Under the pieces are notes generated by a model. It saw nothing but the letters and a program-made list of their open reading frames with translations. It had not been told where the DNA came from and searched no databases. DNA of 64,000 nucleotides from Glaucostegus cemiculus (lineage: Eukaryota), in NCBI GenBank assembly GCA_976551045.1, contig CDPCPM010000102.1, positions 2,790,001-2,854,000 of the forward strand, read 5' to 3'. The position numbers were made by a program, and so were the translations under genes. Positions within the stretch are counted from its first letter, which is position 1. Each line of letters starts with the position of its first letter. Positions 38,467 to 51,609 of the stretch are shown in pieces.

Positions 38467-38754
38467 TAAGATATGATATCTTTATTAATCGCATGTACAT
38501 TGAAACACAGTGTTTTGTGCAGAATGTTCTGGGGGCAGCCCACAGGTGTTGCCACACTTCCGGTGCCAACATAGCATGCCTACAATTACTAACACATATG
38601 TTTTTGGAATGTGGGAGGAAACTGGAGCACCTGGAGGAAACAACGCAGACACGGGGAGAACATACAAACTCTTTACAGACAGTGGCGGGAATTTAACCCA
38701 GGTTGGCAGCACTGTAATAGCATTATGCTAACCACTACACTACCATGCCTGCCC
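38467..38754 (-). mobile_element. V-SINE with Rex1/Babar-like tail
   Basis: Reverse strand: tRNA-like head, V-domain, then cggaagtgtggcaacacc...gatgtacatgcgattaataaa-type tail. Confidence 0.85.
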
Positions 38755-38779
38755 TGTAGTGATTTGAAGCATCAAATTA

Positions 38780-39410
38780 GAACAATATAATTGGCAGACA
38801 AGATTGAAGTAAATCTGGGGTCATTTTATAAGTATATTTAAAGGGTAAAAAAATAACCAAGGAAAAGGTAGGATCCATTATGCACAACATGGACGATCTA
38901 TTTGTGGAGCCAGAAAATAAATGTCCTAAATACTTCTCATCAATATTCACAAAAGAAACAGAGTCAGCAAGGGTGAAGGTGTAATTCCAGTGCAACTCTC
39001 CATAAATAAAGAGGAGGTACCTGAAGCTATGACAGGCTTAAAGGTGGATAAATCCCCAGAGCTGGATGAGATTTATCCCAGGCTACAATGGAAGGCAAGG
39101 GAAACAATTGCTGGGGCTCTGGCTAAAATTTTTTTTCGTCTTCACTTGCCATAAGAAAGGTATGGATGACTGGACCTTGCTGTGCAAGTTCAAAGATCCT
39201 CGAAGGTGGCAGTGCAGGTAGATAACTGGTTAAGAAGGCAAATGGGATGCTGGCCTTCACTAGTTGGAGCATAGACTACAAGATCAGGGGGGTTATGCTC
39301 CAACTTGATAAAACATTACTCTGACCTCAGCTAGAGTACTGCGTGCAGTTCTGGTCTCCACAATAATGGTGCAGAGGAGATTCACCAGACGTTGCCTGGG
39401 ATGGAGATGA
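38780..39410 (+). mobile_element. Internally deleted CR1 fragments
   Basis: gtggataaatccccagagctggatgagatttatcccagg (DKSPxxDxIYPR) and gagtactgcgtgcagttctggtctcca (EYCVQFWSP). Confidence 0.75.
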
Positions 39411-40239
39411 TACCAGCACGAATGACCAAAAGCTGGGTTGACAAGATATATCTTACGTAGCATCTTTTAAGAGTGAAAGAGGAAAAGTGGCTTTAGGAGG
39501 AAAGACAGAGAGAGGTAGAGGAATGGAAGTTTAAGAAATAAGTTACTGAACTTTGGACTCGGTCAGCTGATGACATCAATGAAGTGATGAAAAAAAATTG
39601 GGCATACTGGAGAGGTATACAAAGGAATTTTGAGTTACAATGCTGGAGGAAGTTATAAGCACATAAGGGAGAGACCATGGAGAGAATAAACACCAGGCTG
39701 AAAATATTAAAACGAGTCATTACTGAACTAGGAGCCAGTTGCTCGTCAGTGAGATGTGATCGGGTGATGCGGACTTCATGTAAGTTAGCATTTGCACAAC
39801 AGCACCTAGAATTACCTCAAGTTTACAAATCAATGAGTAGGTCCCATTGTGGACAAGAGGAGTGATCTGTTTCTGGAGCCAAAAAGTAAAGGTTCTAAAT
39901 ACTTCTCATCACTATTCACAGAGGAAACTGTGGGTGAAATTCCAGTGCAACTCTCCAGAAATAAGAAGGATATAGTGTTGGAACTTTTATTCAGGAGCAG
40001 ATAGGTTATCTGTTATGTATGTTTCAATTCAGCTGTTGCCAATAACCAAGTGGAGGAATGAACACTGAGGCTAGGGAATATTTGTTGTGGAGAGGACTGA
40101 AATATTTAATAGGAGGCAATTCTGGTTGTTGCCATGAAGCTGATAAATCGGAGGGAGGGAGCTTCATTTAGGGATGTGTCAGTGGCTTTTCATAATTCAA
40201 TAATCTTAAACTAGATTTTAAGTTATTCTAAAGTTACTT

Positions 40240-40562
40240 ACAACACAAGAGGCCATTTAGCTCCTAGTATCCATGTTGACTTCCCACAGAACTATCTTAT
40301 CAGCCCCATTTCCCCTCGGGAGAAAGGAAAAAAAGCCATGTCCATCAATGCCACTCCTCCCTTGATTCTTTTGCCACTTATCTACGCCTAGGGATAATTT
40401 ACAATTGCCATTTTACCAACCAGCATCATTTTGGGATTTTGGAATGCGAGTAAACCAGACCACCAGCACCCATACACCCAGTCATAGGTAAAACATGCAA
40501 ACTCCACATAAAGCACCCAAGCTCAATATCAAACATTAGGTCCTTAGAGCTGAGAGGCAGTT
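40240..40562 (-). mobile_element. Old, degenerate V-SINE (HE1-like)
   Basis: aaacatgcaaactccaca and ggccatttagc segments match the V-domain and a CR1-type tail in reverse; heavily mutated. Confidence 0.5.
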
Positions 40563-41618
40563 CCAGTCTGCAAATTTTATTTTGGTTTCAGCAGCCTGCT
40601 ACATTTAATTATAGCAAACAGACAATTCGTATGTCTGTAACTACATATGGACCCCCAGTTCTTGCAAGTTCGGTGCTTCAGCCTGATTAACTGTTACGTC
40701 GCTTTGCATACTCATTCAGGGTAGATGTGCACAATGACCTACTAGTAATCGATTTGCCTGAGTCAATGGAATTGCAGGTATGTATCTGAGTTTAAAAGTT
40801 CAGGAGGGAAGAGAGCAAAAGCTATCAAAATAACTTTGCACAGGAAGTGTGTTTTAGAAGCAGTGGTTAAATGTGTCATGTGCTGATACCAAACAATGAC
40901 ATGAGACACCCTTGCAAAGACAGAGATAAGGAAGTTTGTCAGTCCTGTTATTGTGAAAGGATGTTTGCTCATTGCAGAAGTCAAATTATTTGGTTCTCAG
41001 CAGTTTATATTATACTATACTGTATCTTATAACCTTCCCAAAATAACTTCATATACCATGATCCCTTTTCCACTAAATACCCTAAAACCTGAACTAGTTA
41101 ATAGAGATGACATGTTTTCTTTTACTTACTTTTACTCTGTGGAAGAAGCTGCAAAATTAATATCAGTGACATGATATATTGCATGAGTCAGAATTTCCTA
41201 TTTTGTCCTTTTGTATTGTGGCCAATGGGTTAGGCTGAAAGCCCCAAATATCTTTCCCATATGGAAGAACAAACAATCCAAGCCAGACACACTTGTCTGG
41301 TACTTAATCCAGCGGAGGTAATATGACCTTAAATATCCCAATACTAAGGACAGGGAGATAAAAGAATAGTGTTGAATTTCAAAATCTGATCAATTTCCAG
41401 CCAGGTGCCAAAACTGGAAAGGTATCAAGAGGCAACTTTTTCCTGGTTTGTGGTAATGGGGGTTAAAGTGATGCTGGCAGTAGAGTATAGTGATGCAAGG
41501 AATGAATAAAAAAGCTTTCTTATCTGGCCTCTGCCTCAAAACAAACACCTGAAAGATACAGGGTGATGTGTTGGTGTGAGAAAATCGCTAGATACTCTCC
41601 TGGAAAGGCAAGAGGATG

Positions 41619-42760
41619 AATTGGTAAATTGGTTTATTATTGTCACAGGTACTGAGGTACAGTAAATAACACTTGGTTTTGCATGTTATTCATATACGTC
41701 ATTTCATCACATCAGTAGATTGAGGTAGTACAAGTGAAAAGCAATAATGGAAGGCAGAATAAAATGTTACAGAGAAAGTGCAGGCAGACAGTCAGGTGCA
41801 AGGCCATAACAAAGTAGATTGTGAGGTCAAAAGTCCATCTTATCGTACAAGATGTCTATTCAGTAGTCTCATAACAGCAAGATAGAAGCTGTCCTTGAGC
41901 CTGGCGGTGCATGCTTTCAGGCTTTTGTATCTTCTGTCCAATGGGTGGGGTGAAAAGAGTGGTGCGAGGGGTCTTTACCAAGGCAGCAGAGATATAGACA
42001 GAGTCCGTGGAGGAGATGCTGGTTTTTGTGATGTGCTGAGCTGTGTCAACCACTTTCTGCAGTTTCTTGCGTACCCGGAGAGAACAGTTGCAATACCAAG
42101 CTGTGATGAATCCAGATAGGATGCTTTGATGCATCTATAAAAATTGGTGAGAGTCAACAGAGACATGCTGAATTTCTTGAGTCTCCTGAGGAAGTAGAAG
42201 TGCTCATGAGCTATCTTAGCCATGGCATCTGTGTGGTTGGACAGGCTATTGGTGATGTTTACTCCTAGGAGCTTGAAGCTCTCAACCATCTCCTCCTCTA
42301 CCACTGGTGGAAATAATGTGTGCATTGCCCTGCTTCCTGAAGTCAATGACTATCTCTTTTGTTTTGCTGACATTGAGGGAAAGGTTGTTGTCATGACAGC
42401 ATGCATCTAGGCTCTCTATCTCCTTCCTCTACTCCCAAGTCATCAATTATTTGAGATTTGGCCCACTATGGTTGTGTCATCTGCAAACTTATAGATAGAG
42501 TTGGAGCAGAATCTGGCTATGTAGTCATAAGTGTGTATAGGGAGTAAAGGGGCAAGGATGCAACCCTGTGGGGCACCAGTGTTGAGAACAATCATGCCTG
42601 AGGTGTTGCTACCTATCCTTACTAATTGCAATCTGTTGGTCAAAAAGTTGAGGATCCAGTTGCAATCTCTTCTCCGAACCCCAGGCTAGGAGTTTGGAGA
42701 AGAGATTGCTTGGAATTATGGTATTGAAGGTGGAGCTGTAGTCAACAAATAGTAGACTGA
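41619..42760 (-). mobile_element. Rex1/Babar-clade LINE, 3' 1.1 kb
   Basis: ORF 42443..42643 LNTGAPQGCILAP...KFADDTTIVG; ORF 41975..42346 YFLRRLKKF; ORF 41856..42134 SILSGFITAWY; tail ...gtacctgtgacaataataaacc. Confidence 0.88.
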
Positions 42761-43844
42761 TGGACTGCAAGGAGATTGAAGAAAGTTGTATAAACGCACT
42801 GTCATATGAATGATAACTTGTACGTTTTCAAACCCTTAAAAAGAATAAATTTCTTGATTTCTGTATGCCACAAAATTCATGTGGCTTTGGGGGTCAGGAT
42901 ACTTATTGAAAGGATCAATTTTAGTAGAAAGGCATGCTTTTTTTTACCTATTGGATAATTTTAATCCTGTTTCAATAGTTCTGCATCCTTTTTCCCAGCT
43001 GGATTTTTAAGGTAAATACACATTTGTTGTGTTTTTGTACATGCCCACCAAGGTGGGAAACATTGGGAACTTCCTTAGCCAAATACTAAGCATCTGATCA
43101 GATATTATTTTGATGCAACATCAAGATTTCAAGAAAGTATATCTGATCTCATGATGGCAACTTTTCCTACAGTTTTTTTTTTCTGTGGTATTCTGGGAAC
43201 TTTTACCTCTACATATTCCTTACCAAAGATTGATTAATTAGAAAGACATTTAGAATAACTGGTGGAAGGACTAGAAGCTAGTTGAGGAAAACTTGAGTAC
43301 ACCCTGATGGTGATGGGGAACTGAAACTTGATGCCTGAAAGTTTGATGGAGACAGAAGATCATCATCAAGTCAACTTTGACTTTAAGGTTGCAAATAGTC
43401 TGGTTCAGTTGCATACAGACATACATCAGAGGGTAAGAAACTGAGTTCCTGGTGGAAACTGGAAATTGGAGGGAAATTTCTTCTCCTTTAGTACTGAATA
43501 TCAGACAAGTAGTGTGAACATTGGGAGACAGGTTTATGTACATGTGGCCACATGCAACATGTTCAAGATAGGTAAGGTGATGAAAAAATCTAAAGAGGTT
43601 AAGAGGCAGATTGTCAGGTCAGCTAAACATAAAACATATGCTGAGGTGCAAAATGTGTGTGGGTGTCTCTCTACTCCTGGTACAATAGCATTCAGAGAGA
43701 AGCTGCATCAGAGATACCCTGCAGCTGCGAGTAATACAAATGCTTGTGATCGAAAAATAAATTGATATATCTGTTTGATCAAGAGTTTGGAGTGTATATT
43801 AATCATAACTAATATAGAGGGAACCCCTTCATTTAGTCAACAAC

Positions 43845-43995
43845 AGTAACCCTGAGCATCCAGTTGCCTGTCACATTAAATTTTTCTCCCACTCTGACCT
43901 CTTTGTTCTCATGAACTTTTTCAATGGAGACTGATATAAGCTCAAGGGATAGCATCTCAATTTTCATCTTTGGCCCATTGCAACCCTCAATATTT
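43845..43995 (+). mobile_element. Penelope-like fragment
   Basis: ccagttgcctgtcacattaa...cactctgacctct...catctcaattttcatctttggcccattgcaacc, homologous to 45200-45310. Confidence 0.55.
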
Positions 43996-43999
43996 AATA

Positions 44000-44252
44000 C
44001 ACACCATCCCCAGGTTACAGATACCTAACATGCAAAGAAGCTCCCAAAATATTATTAATTTCAAAAGTCTAACGTATGTATAAACGTTCATTTCTACCAA
44101 ACAGCAGAATTAGTTTCCTCTCCCACCACTTTTATCAGTCTTGTACTTTTGATGCCAGTCATTACAATACTGTGGAGGTTTGGTTACCATGGACAAAATT
44201 GACTTTTGGATACCTGTAACACCAAACCCATTCGTTACCCAGAGACAGTCTG
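44000..44252. mobile_element. pogo/Tigger-like MITE, same family as 12299
   Basis: TA-flanked; ends cacaccatccccaggttac / gttacccagagacagtctg. Confidence 0.7.
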
Positions 44253-45091
44253 TACCAAGCTTTTCCAGTTTGTGTCAGAACTGGCTAATGCTTTATGTTT
44301 CATTACAGAAGGTCTCCTTTTTAAAAATGCTTTCTAATTTACTGAATCTCACGTTTTAAAAAAAAACCTCAAGCAATACCCTAATTTACTTGATGATCCA
44401 CAAAGGAAATTTCTAAATAACCAAGAATGCACTCCAGTTGGACCCTACACCATTAAATACTATACAATAGAAGGACATTTACATAATGCCTATATATTGT
44501 AAAATACTCCAATACTTATGAATTGCATATCCTTGAAGCTACTTTGAGCAATCGCTTGGGGCATCCACTGAAAAGAAATTTCAAGATACCATTAATACAC
44601 TGGAAAGCCACAATCAGCTAAAATGAACATTTCCTAAGAAATGATGGCAAGCTCAATTAATTTCTAATTTAAAGGACTTCCAGTTAAATTCAAGAAACAA
44701 TCTAGATACCTATAATTACTTCCATCTGCACAATCTTTTCTGAAACCCGCAGCTGCAGAGGTCCCTCATGCAAAACTTAGTGAATCCTAGTGAAATACAT
44801 GCACTCACAAATGTTTCATACCTTGCTGTGATGTGTTTCACAACTGGCCATTAATCAGTATCATGAATCTCCCTTGTAATGAGTGAACCATATCTAATAA
44901 TGGTACATGGACAATAATTGTTTCTTTAATGCTTTGTTGCAACAAATTCTATGTTTAATTTTGTGTTGCAACAATGCAGTGTAGAAAGTTTAATACTGAT
45001 TGTTTCTGGTGTGGTATCTCCTGTGTTTGTCTGGGAATGCTGCAGAAGATGCCACTGCTGTCTGTTTACCTCTTCTATACCTAACACCAAG

Positions 45092-45560
45092 GGACCTAAT
45101 CTAGTGTTCACATTGTGGTCTCCTTCAGATTGAGAAACCAAATGCAGGTTGAGTGACTGCTCTGCAGAGCACTTGCATTCAGGACATGGGGGTGGCTCTG
45201 ATCTCCCTGTTGCCTGCCACTTTAATTTTCCTGCTCTGACGTACCCAATTGAAACCTCCTAAACTGTTAAAAAAGATGCCTCATCTGTCTGGGCACATTG
45301 TAGCCTTCCAGACTCGATATAAAAAATTTCCAGTTCTAGGTAACTCATCTTCTGTCTTTATCAGAAATGGCAATTTTTGCTGTCAGTCACCATCTGAAAT
45401 CATGGCTCAGTATTTCTCTCCCCATTAGCACAGCTGGACCTGCTGGGCATATCCTTTAGCTCTGGACCTTGCACTTTTTTCATGTTCCTTTATCTGTATT
45501 GTTGCTCTCTAACTCCCCTCATAGCTTCATTCCATTTTTGTTTCTCTCCAGCTACTTCAT
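45092..45560 (+). mobile_element. Penelope-like element remnant (GIY-YIG C-terminus)
   Basis: gagaaaccaaatgcaggttgagtgactgctctgcagagcacttgc (ETKxRLxDxxAEHL-like, frameshifted), cctgttgcctgccactttaat (PVACHFN), ctgggcacattgtagcct (LGTLxP). Confidence 0.7.
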
Positions 45561-45949
45561 TAACCCATCAACTGGTGGATAATGAGGGCAATTTGGGAAC
45601 TGCAGATTCTTCCACATACAGGACAGGGTGGTCAGGTGGGTAGGTTGTGAGATGATGCTCTCCTTCCACTGCTTGTGCAAGGCTTTTGTGTGCTCCTGAT
45701 GTGTGGCTTTTCTCAATGCCAACCCAAATGTTCCCCACTTTGAGTGGTCATTAAACACAAATTCTGTGTTGGAGCGGTGCAGTGTAGAAAGTTTAATACG
45801 GATTGTTTCTGACGTGGTATCTCCTGTGGTTGTATGAGAATGCTGCAGAAGATGCCACCACTGTCCATTATTCTCTACCTACCACCAAGGGACCTAATCT
45901 AGTGAGATTGGAGAAACCAAACGTAGATTGGGTCAGTGGGATGCTCCAT

Positions 45950-47000
45950 TTCTTTAAAAAGGCTTTGAGCACATCCTTGAATCCTTTGTTCTGCCTGTTT
46001 GGTATTTCTTCCCTTCTTTCCACGACAGAACTCTATTTCAGGAGTTTGATTTCAAACATGCAAACATGCAAACTTGGCCTGCGCATCATATCCAGCTGAG
46101 TGTAACTTGGGCCTCATTGCTGGGAATGTAGGCTGAGGAGAGGATACTGACATTGACTACCCTACGAATGAATTTGGCAGATCTACATCACAACAATGTA
46201 CCCTGCTTCAACAAGATTAATTTTGATATTGGAGGATGTATCCTGTTCCTAACAAGGTTAATTTTGTACACCCACTTGATGGATTGACATCACAATATGG
46301 TGCAAGGGCAACCAATGACATTGTTGGTGATATTTTTGTAAAGCCTTGAGTTCCCTGCCATAGGCAGCCCAGGGCCTCGGAAGCAAGTAGGAGGGCAGGG
46401 ATCATTACTGCTGGTAGACATGAGTTTTGTGCGAGATCTTCAAACCCCTGTTCCCTCAGTTGACCAAAGGCTTTGCTGGCTCATTGAAGTTGGTAGTGAA
46501 TTTCATCAATGTATTGGCCTTTGCTGAGAAGTGGCTCCTGAGATATGGGAAATGTTTTTCAGGGTCTTGCCATGTTCCTTTATTATCAGAAGGCAATTGT
46601 CAGCAGGGGCAATTTGGCAGAGTACCTCAGTCTTATGTTTATTGAGTGTAAGGTCTGTCCTAAGCTACGTCTCTGTAAAAGCACTGGCAATGGCTTGAAG
46701 GTCAGCCTCTGGGTGCACAAACGCAAGGATGGTCTGCATACTGCAGCTCAACCACTGAGTTTGGATGATCTTGGTTCTGGAGTGTAGTTGCAATTGGTCG
46801 AACAGTTTCCCAGCAGTTCTGAAGATTAGTTCCAGTCCCACTAAAAGTTTGTTGGAGATGAGATGCAACATTACAGCAAGAAGGATTGAGAAAAGTACTG
46901 GGGTAATGAACCAGCCTGTTTGACACCAGCCTTCACTGAAAATGGTTCTATTTCAGATCCATTGGTTAAGTCCACAGTTTGCATGTTGACATGGAGTAAG
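45950..47000 (-). mobile_element. RTE-clade LINE remnant
   Basis: Minus-strand peptides LHLISNKL..GLELIFRTAGKLF, VVELQYAD, IPALLLASE and FKDVLKA are typical of the RTE/BovB-like RT and its C-terminus; many frameshifts. Confidence 0.7.
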
Positions 47001-48459
47001 CATAAGATGGAGATGAATTTCTGTTGGTGTGCAGGTGCCACCCAGATTGTACATGCATGTTCGCTCAGGCACAGAGACCTTTGCCCACTGCCTCCTTCCA
47101 GGCTTCTTGTTCTCTTCTTGCCCGTTGCTCCTGGCTACAGTCCCTGGCTCTGGCCGTACATCTAACAGAATTCCCAGTCTCTGGCAATGTTGTGCACCTA
47201 ACTGTGATCCTGGTCTCTGGCTTCAGCACATTCCTGGTCCATGGTTTGGGCTGCACAATTAAAAATGTTGGTCCTTGACTTCAGCCTACTTTCCTGGTGC
47301 CCAGCCTTGGTTACACACCCTATGGATGCAAGCACACCTACATGCATGCTCTACAACTCTAGCCTATTCCCACAGAGGTTGTGTCCCAGATGATAATGAG
47401 GGTGCTGATGATCAACGAGCTGGACAGAGCTCTGCAACTCATGCTAAGAACAGAGTTGTCTTACTGCTCTAGCAGCTCCTGCAGGTTAATCTCACTCCTC
47501 ATCTCATGTTTCCAGTGCCTTGTCTTTAGACACTGCTGCTCTCATTGTACTAAACATACAAAAGGATTACAAGTTAAACCTTCCAGGTTTAACCATTACA
47601 AGGTTAAAATTAAATTAACCATTACAGGTAACTTTTAACCATTTATTTCCTCTGGGTTACACCCAAGGATCTCTCTCAGCTCTGCCTCCTCCAACAACAC
47701 CCCTTTAAGGTTTGAATGACGCAACTAGCTGTTCTCTGTATTGCAACAATGTGGTGCAGTAAGTTTGGAAGAAAGCTGTAATAGACAAAATCCTGGAAGC
47801 ACTCAGCAGGACGAGCCACGTTGCCAAGTAGGAAAACAGAGTTGATTTTTGGGATCAAGAGTGCAACATTTTTATTTCAGATTTCCATCAACGGCTGTTT
47901 TTTGTGCCAGAGGAAGTAATACTGGTTGGCACTGAAAACTTTTTTATTAATAAAGTACATTTGTTATTTCAACTATTGACTATTTCCAGTAGGTAGAGGT
48001 GTGAACTGAAAGATAATGAGATACTTATCACCTCACCTTGCTTGGGTGCGGTGTACAGGAACTGCAGACATGCCTCCACTTTCATTGTGCATATTGCTGC
48101 AGCTATCTTGGCAGGTGGAATGGTGTGCTTCAGATACAGGAAGAAGGAGCATTTATAAAGTCTAAGATTGCCAACTTCTCTCCAGACTAAACAGCACAGT
48201 GTTTAAATGCAAGTTTAATATGACCCCACCACTTATTAATGCATTTGCCTTTTATATATAAATGGTACATGGGTCATAATAGAATATAAACAGTTTGTGA
48301 GTGAGCCATGAAGTGGCAGGTGATTATTATGAGAGATTATTCACTCTGCTATGAAGAGGTGCGATTAAATATTTTCCAGTGGTATTTGGGTGGCTTTAGA
48401 CTTTAAATGCCATGGTATACAGGCAAGTTGAGCAAATGGAATATTGACCTTTAAAAAAA

Positions 48460-48710
48460 TGAATAGGAAAGCAAATGGAATATTGACCTTCACCATCAGA
48501 GGATTGGAGTACATGAACAATTCTGAAGGTTATTTATTGAGCCATATCTGGATCATTGTGCAGATTTTTGGTCACCTTGCCTAAGGATAGATAACTTGCC
48601 CCTTTAGCATGGTGCAGCCTGGATTTACTTAATTATTCCTGAATGAGGAGGTTGCCATATAACATGCCATTGCGTACAATGGGCATTTACTGGAATTCAG
48701 AAGATTGATA
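48460..48710 (+). mobile_element. Degenerate CR1 3' ORF2 fragment
   Basis: aaagcaaatggaatattgacctt...catatctggatcattgtgcagatttttggtcacc. Confidence 0.5.
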
Positions 48711-49300
48711 CTCAAAGTTAATATGAAATTTCCTTATAATTTTTGATGGCTTTCCATGCTACTGTATGAACAAATTTAAATCACCATCCTACTTTGCTTG
48801 CTATATCATTTTAATAACTTTCCTAAACTGTAAAATTGTCATGTTTCTTCATTTTGATAAAATTCATTTGGAGTGGTTGTGTGTTGCCTCAGATATTTAA
48901 AAAAAAATTAGAATTAAGTTCTTAGTGGAAATCTAATTTGATTAAATGACTGCTGCTTTTACTTAAATCTATGCATTTTGAATTACTTAACTTGCAAATC
49001 TTATCACTTTTATTTCATTAATATTGTTTTCATCAAAGCAAAGCCAATCTGATAGATGTCTCTGATTACTTCAGAAATTCTGGTACATTTTCAGGAGTAC
49101 CACAAGCTTTCCATCAGATAAGAGGTAAGAGACAGGAGATCTACTTGAATGATTTAAATTTCAAATGTTCAAACCAATGTTGCCACTGACAACATCCAGC
49201 AAATCATCAATATTAGACATTGAAGCTAATTCGATAGATATGAAAATTAATATTATTAGTAACAGGGTTTTGCTAATTACTGTGTTATTTTTACTGTAAC

Positions 49301-49518
49301 TAGCGCAACGCTGTTACAGCGCCAGCAATCGTGGTTCGATTCCCGTCGCTGTCTGTAAGGAGTTTGTACGTTCTCCCGTGTCTACGTGGGTTTCCTCCGG
49401 GTGCTCCGGTTTCCTCCCACATTCTGAAAGATAAACGGGTAGGTTAACTTTGGGTTTAAAAAATGGGCCGTGTGGATTTGGAGGGCCGAAAGGGCCTGTT
49501 ACTACGCTGTAAATAAAG
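49301..49518 (+). mobile_element. V-SINE, same subfamily as 33173, 5'-truncated
   Basis: Closely matches 33196-33407, including the B box ggttcgattccc and the tail gggccgaaagggcctgtt. Confidence 0.9.
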
Positions 49519-51609
49519 TTTTTAAAATGTTTTAAAATTTTAATTCAATATTTATACAATTGAGTACCATTAATCCTCCAAGGAAATTTTAGCAGCAGAA
49601 TAGAGCAAGGAAATTAATTTATATCATGCTCCTTGTGGAGAATATTCTTTAATTCCTTATAAGAGATGGATGCATGTAAGCAGTATAGCATCTGGGTATG
49701 GGGAAACTAAAGGCTTGGTCAGAAGTAAGAGCTATACAAGAGAGAGAGATATAAGGAAAAACAGTCTTGCAAGTGTGTTTGTATGGCTAGGAATAGCTGA
49801 AATTTCAACTCTAATAATGGAAAGAAGGGCAAACAGTTGCCTGGATGCCACAGGTCACATATTCTAAATGGAATAACTTTTACATATTGATTAGAGAGGT
49901 TTCTGTAAGGTTTAGTGTAAAGTTACTTCAACTGGGCACAAGGAATGATAAGGCTGAGATGCAATGATTGGGCAATATTGATCCTGGAACTGCAGGTACA
50001 CACTGTGCTTTCACCAGCATAGGATGAAAGGAAGAGACATATTCTCAGAATGTGTGAAGGCAATGGACCACAAGAGATGTAGAATGTCCAACCCAGAATA
50101 ATTCATTGATTAAACAGACGGAGGTTGATTGAATTGATTCCAGATGCATATGAGTGCTTTAGAATGCTGAACAGCTCAACCTCTGCCAACAATAGATGTG
50201 TCTTCTGTCAACCAGGACTAATGCAGCAATAACTCAAGAGTTAAAGGTGATAGAAGAGGCTAGTAATATGCCATTATATATATGGAAGCAGAACTTCTTA
50301 TATAGTTGGATATACAGATGGATCGAAGAAGACTTGAACGGAGCTTATGATATATCAAGTGAGAAGAAAACATTGGATGAAGCCACAATTTTGTTGCTTT
50401 GGATAAGAGTAGAACTGATGTAGAAATGGTCAGTAGAGGAGAGCAAAGTGCTTATCACATCCAAAAGGGGAGGAGAGCCAAATGGCATGGTGCCATAATT
50501 GTGCAGATGCCACTGGTGGTTGGGAACAGGTGGTCTATTCTGTGGGTTAAGTTGGAACTACAATGAAAAGATTTGAACGGACAAATGGTTTTAAAAAAGT
50601 CATTGGGTGGCAGGAAGTTTTTAAATACAAAGTGAATGGGAAGGAAAGAGATAAGAAGTACTTAAAATGGATAGTGAGGCTAAAGGTAACTCTTTCAGAA
50701 GGAGGTAGGGGGTAGAGGGTGAGCCTGGGGTGGAGTGATGCCCCAGTTTAATACGGGGTGGGAACATTGCGGGTTGGTGAAATATGAAGTTAATGATAAC
50801 AAAATGTATGGCAGGATGTAAGGAAGATTTGGTGGTTGGAAACAGGGCTGGAAAGAAAATAAGATGGAGGGCTCTGTGGAAGTTATGAGTCAGATGAGAC
50901 CAACGTTGTGTTTATTATGAAAAGGGTGCTCAGGTGATAGGTTGGCAGGAGGAGGCTGGAGATAGTGGCTGAATGGAGTTAATGAAGCAGTAAACGAGAG
51001 AAGGCGGGAAGGGCCAAATGTCTGGTCTCAGTTCCTGAAACACTGCAAATTGAAGAAGATAATGAAGAAGAGAGTGGAAAGGAGGGAGGACAAACAGGTC
51101 ACACTGGGCAGGAAATGGGAGTTAATGTTAGTCCTCTCTCGGTCTGCAAAGCTTTTTTAAAAGGTATCTTTTTATGTAAACATTAGGTGTCTTTTCTATA
51201 TCCTCTCCTACTGCTTGCTGTCCATTTTCTTCCACTTATAGCATGGTACAAAATTTTAAAACTCCAGAAGTGCTACACGATTCAAATTCATACACAGGAA
51301 TGTTTGCTACAAACAGAGATTTACACTAGATGTCAGCATAACACAACTCCAACAGCTGCCTGCCCCAGTAAAGCTTCCAGCATCCTTGAAGTAAAGAGCA
51401 CGAGAACCATATTAGGTAAGATTAAATGTGGATTAAACCTAAAATGTAGTGGAGAATTTCTATATGAAGTGATAGATTTGGTTTCCATCTTATTCAATCG
51501 TATTTAGAGATATTTAAGATGAAGTATAAAAAAGCAGATTACTAGATAATTCACTGGAAAGTCCTTCACAATAGTTTTATATGGTGTAAATATGAGGTAG
51601 TTTCAAAGC

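Noticed and set aside
38463-38731. Recurring 63-121 aa ORFs (ECGRKPEHPEETH-type) at 33140, 38463, 55512 and 62967
   Set aside because: Translations of V-SINE copies, not a gene family.
40591-40777. Plus-strand segment with plausible acceptor and donor
   Set aside because: All three frames contain stops and there is no other support.
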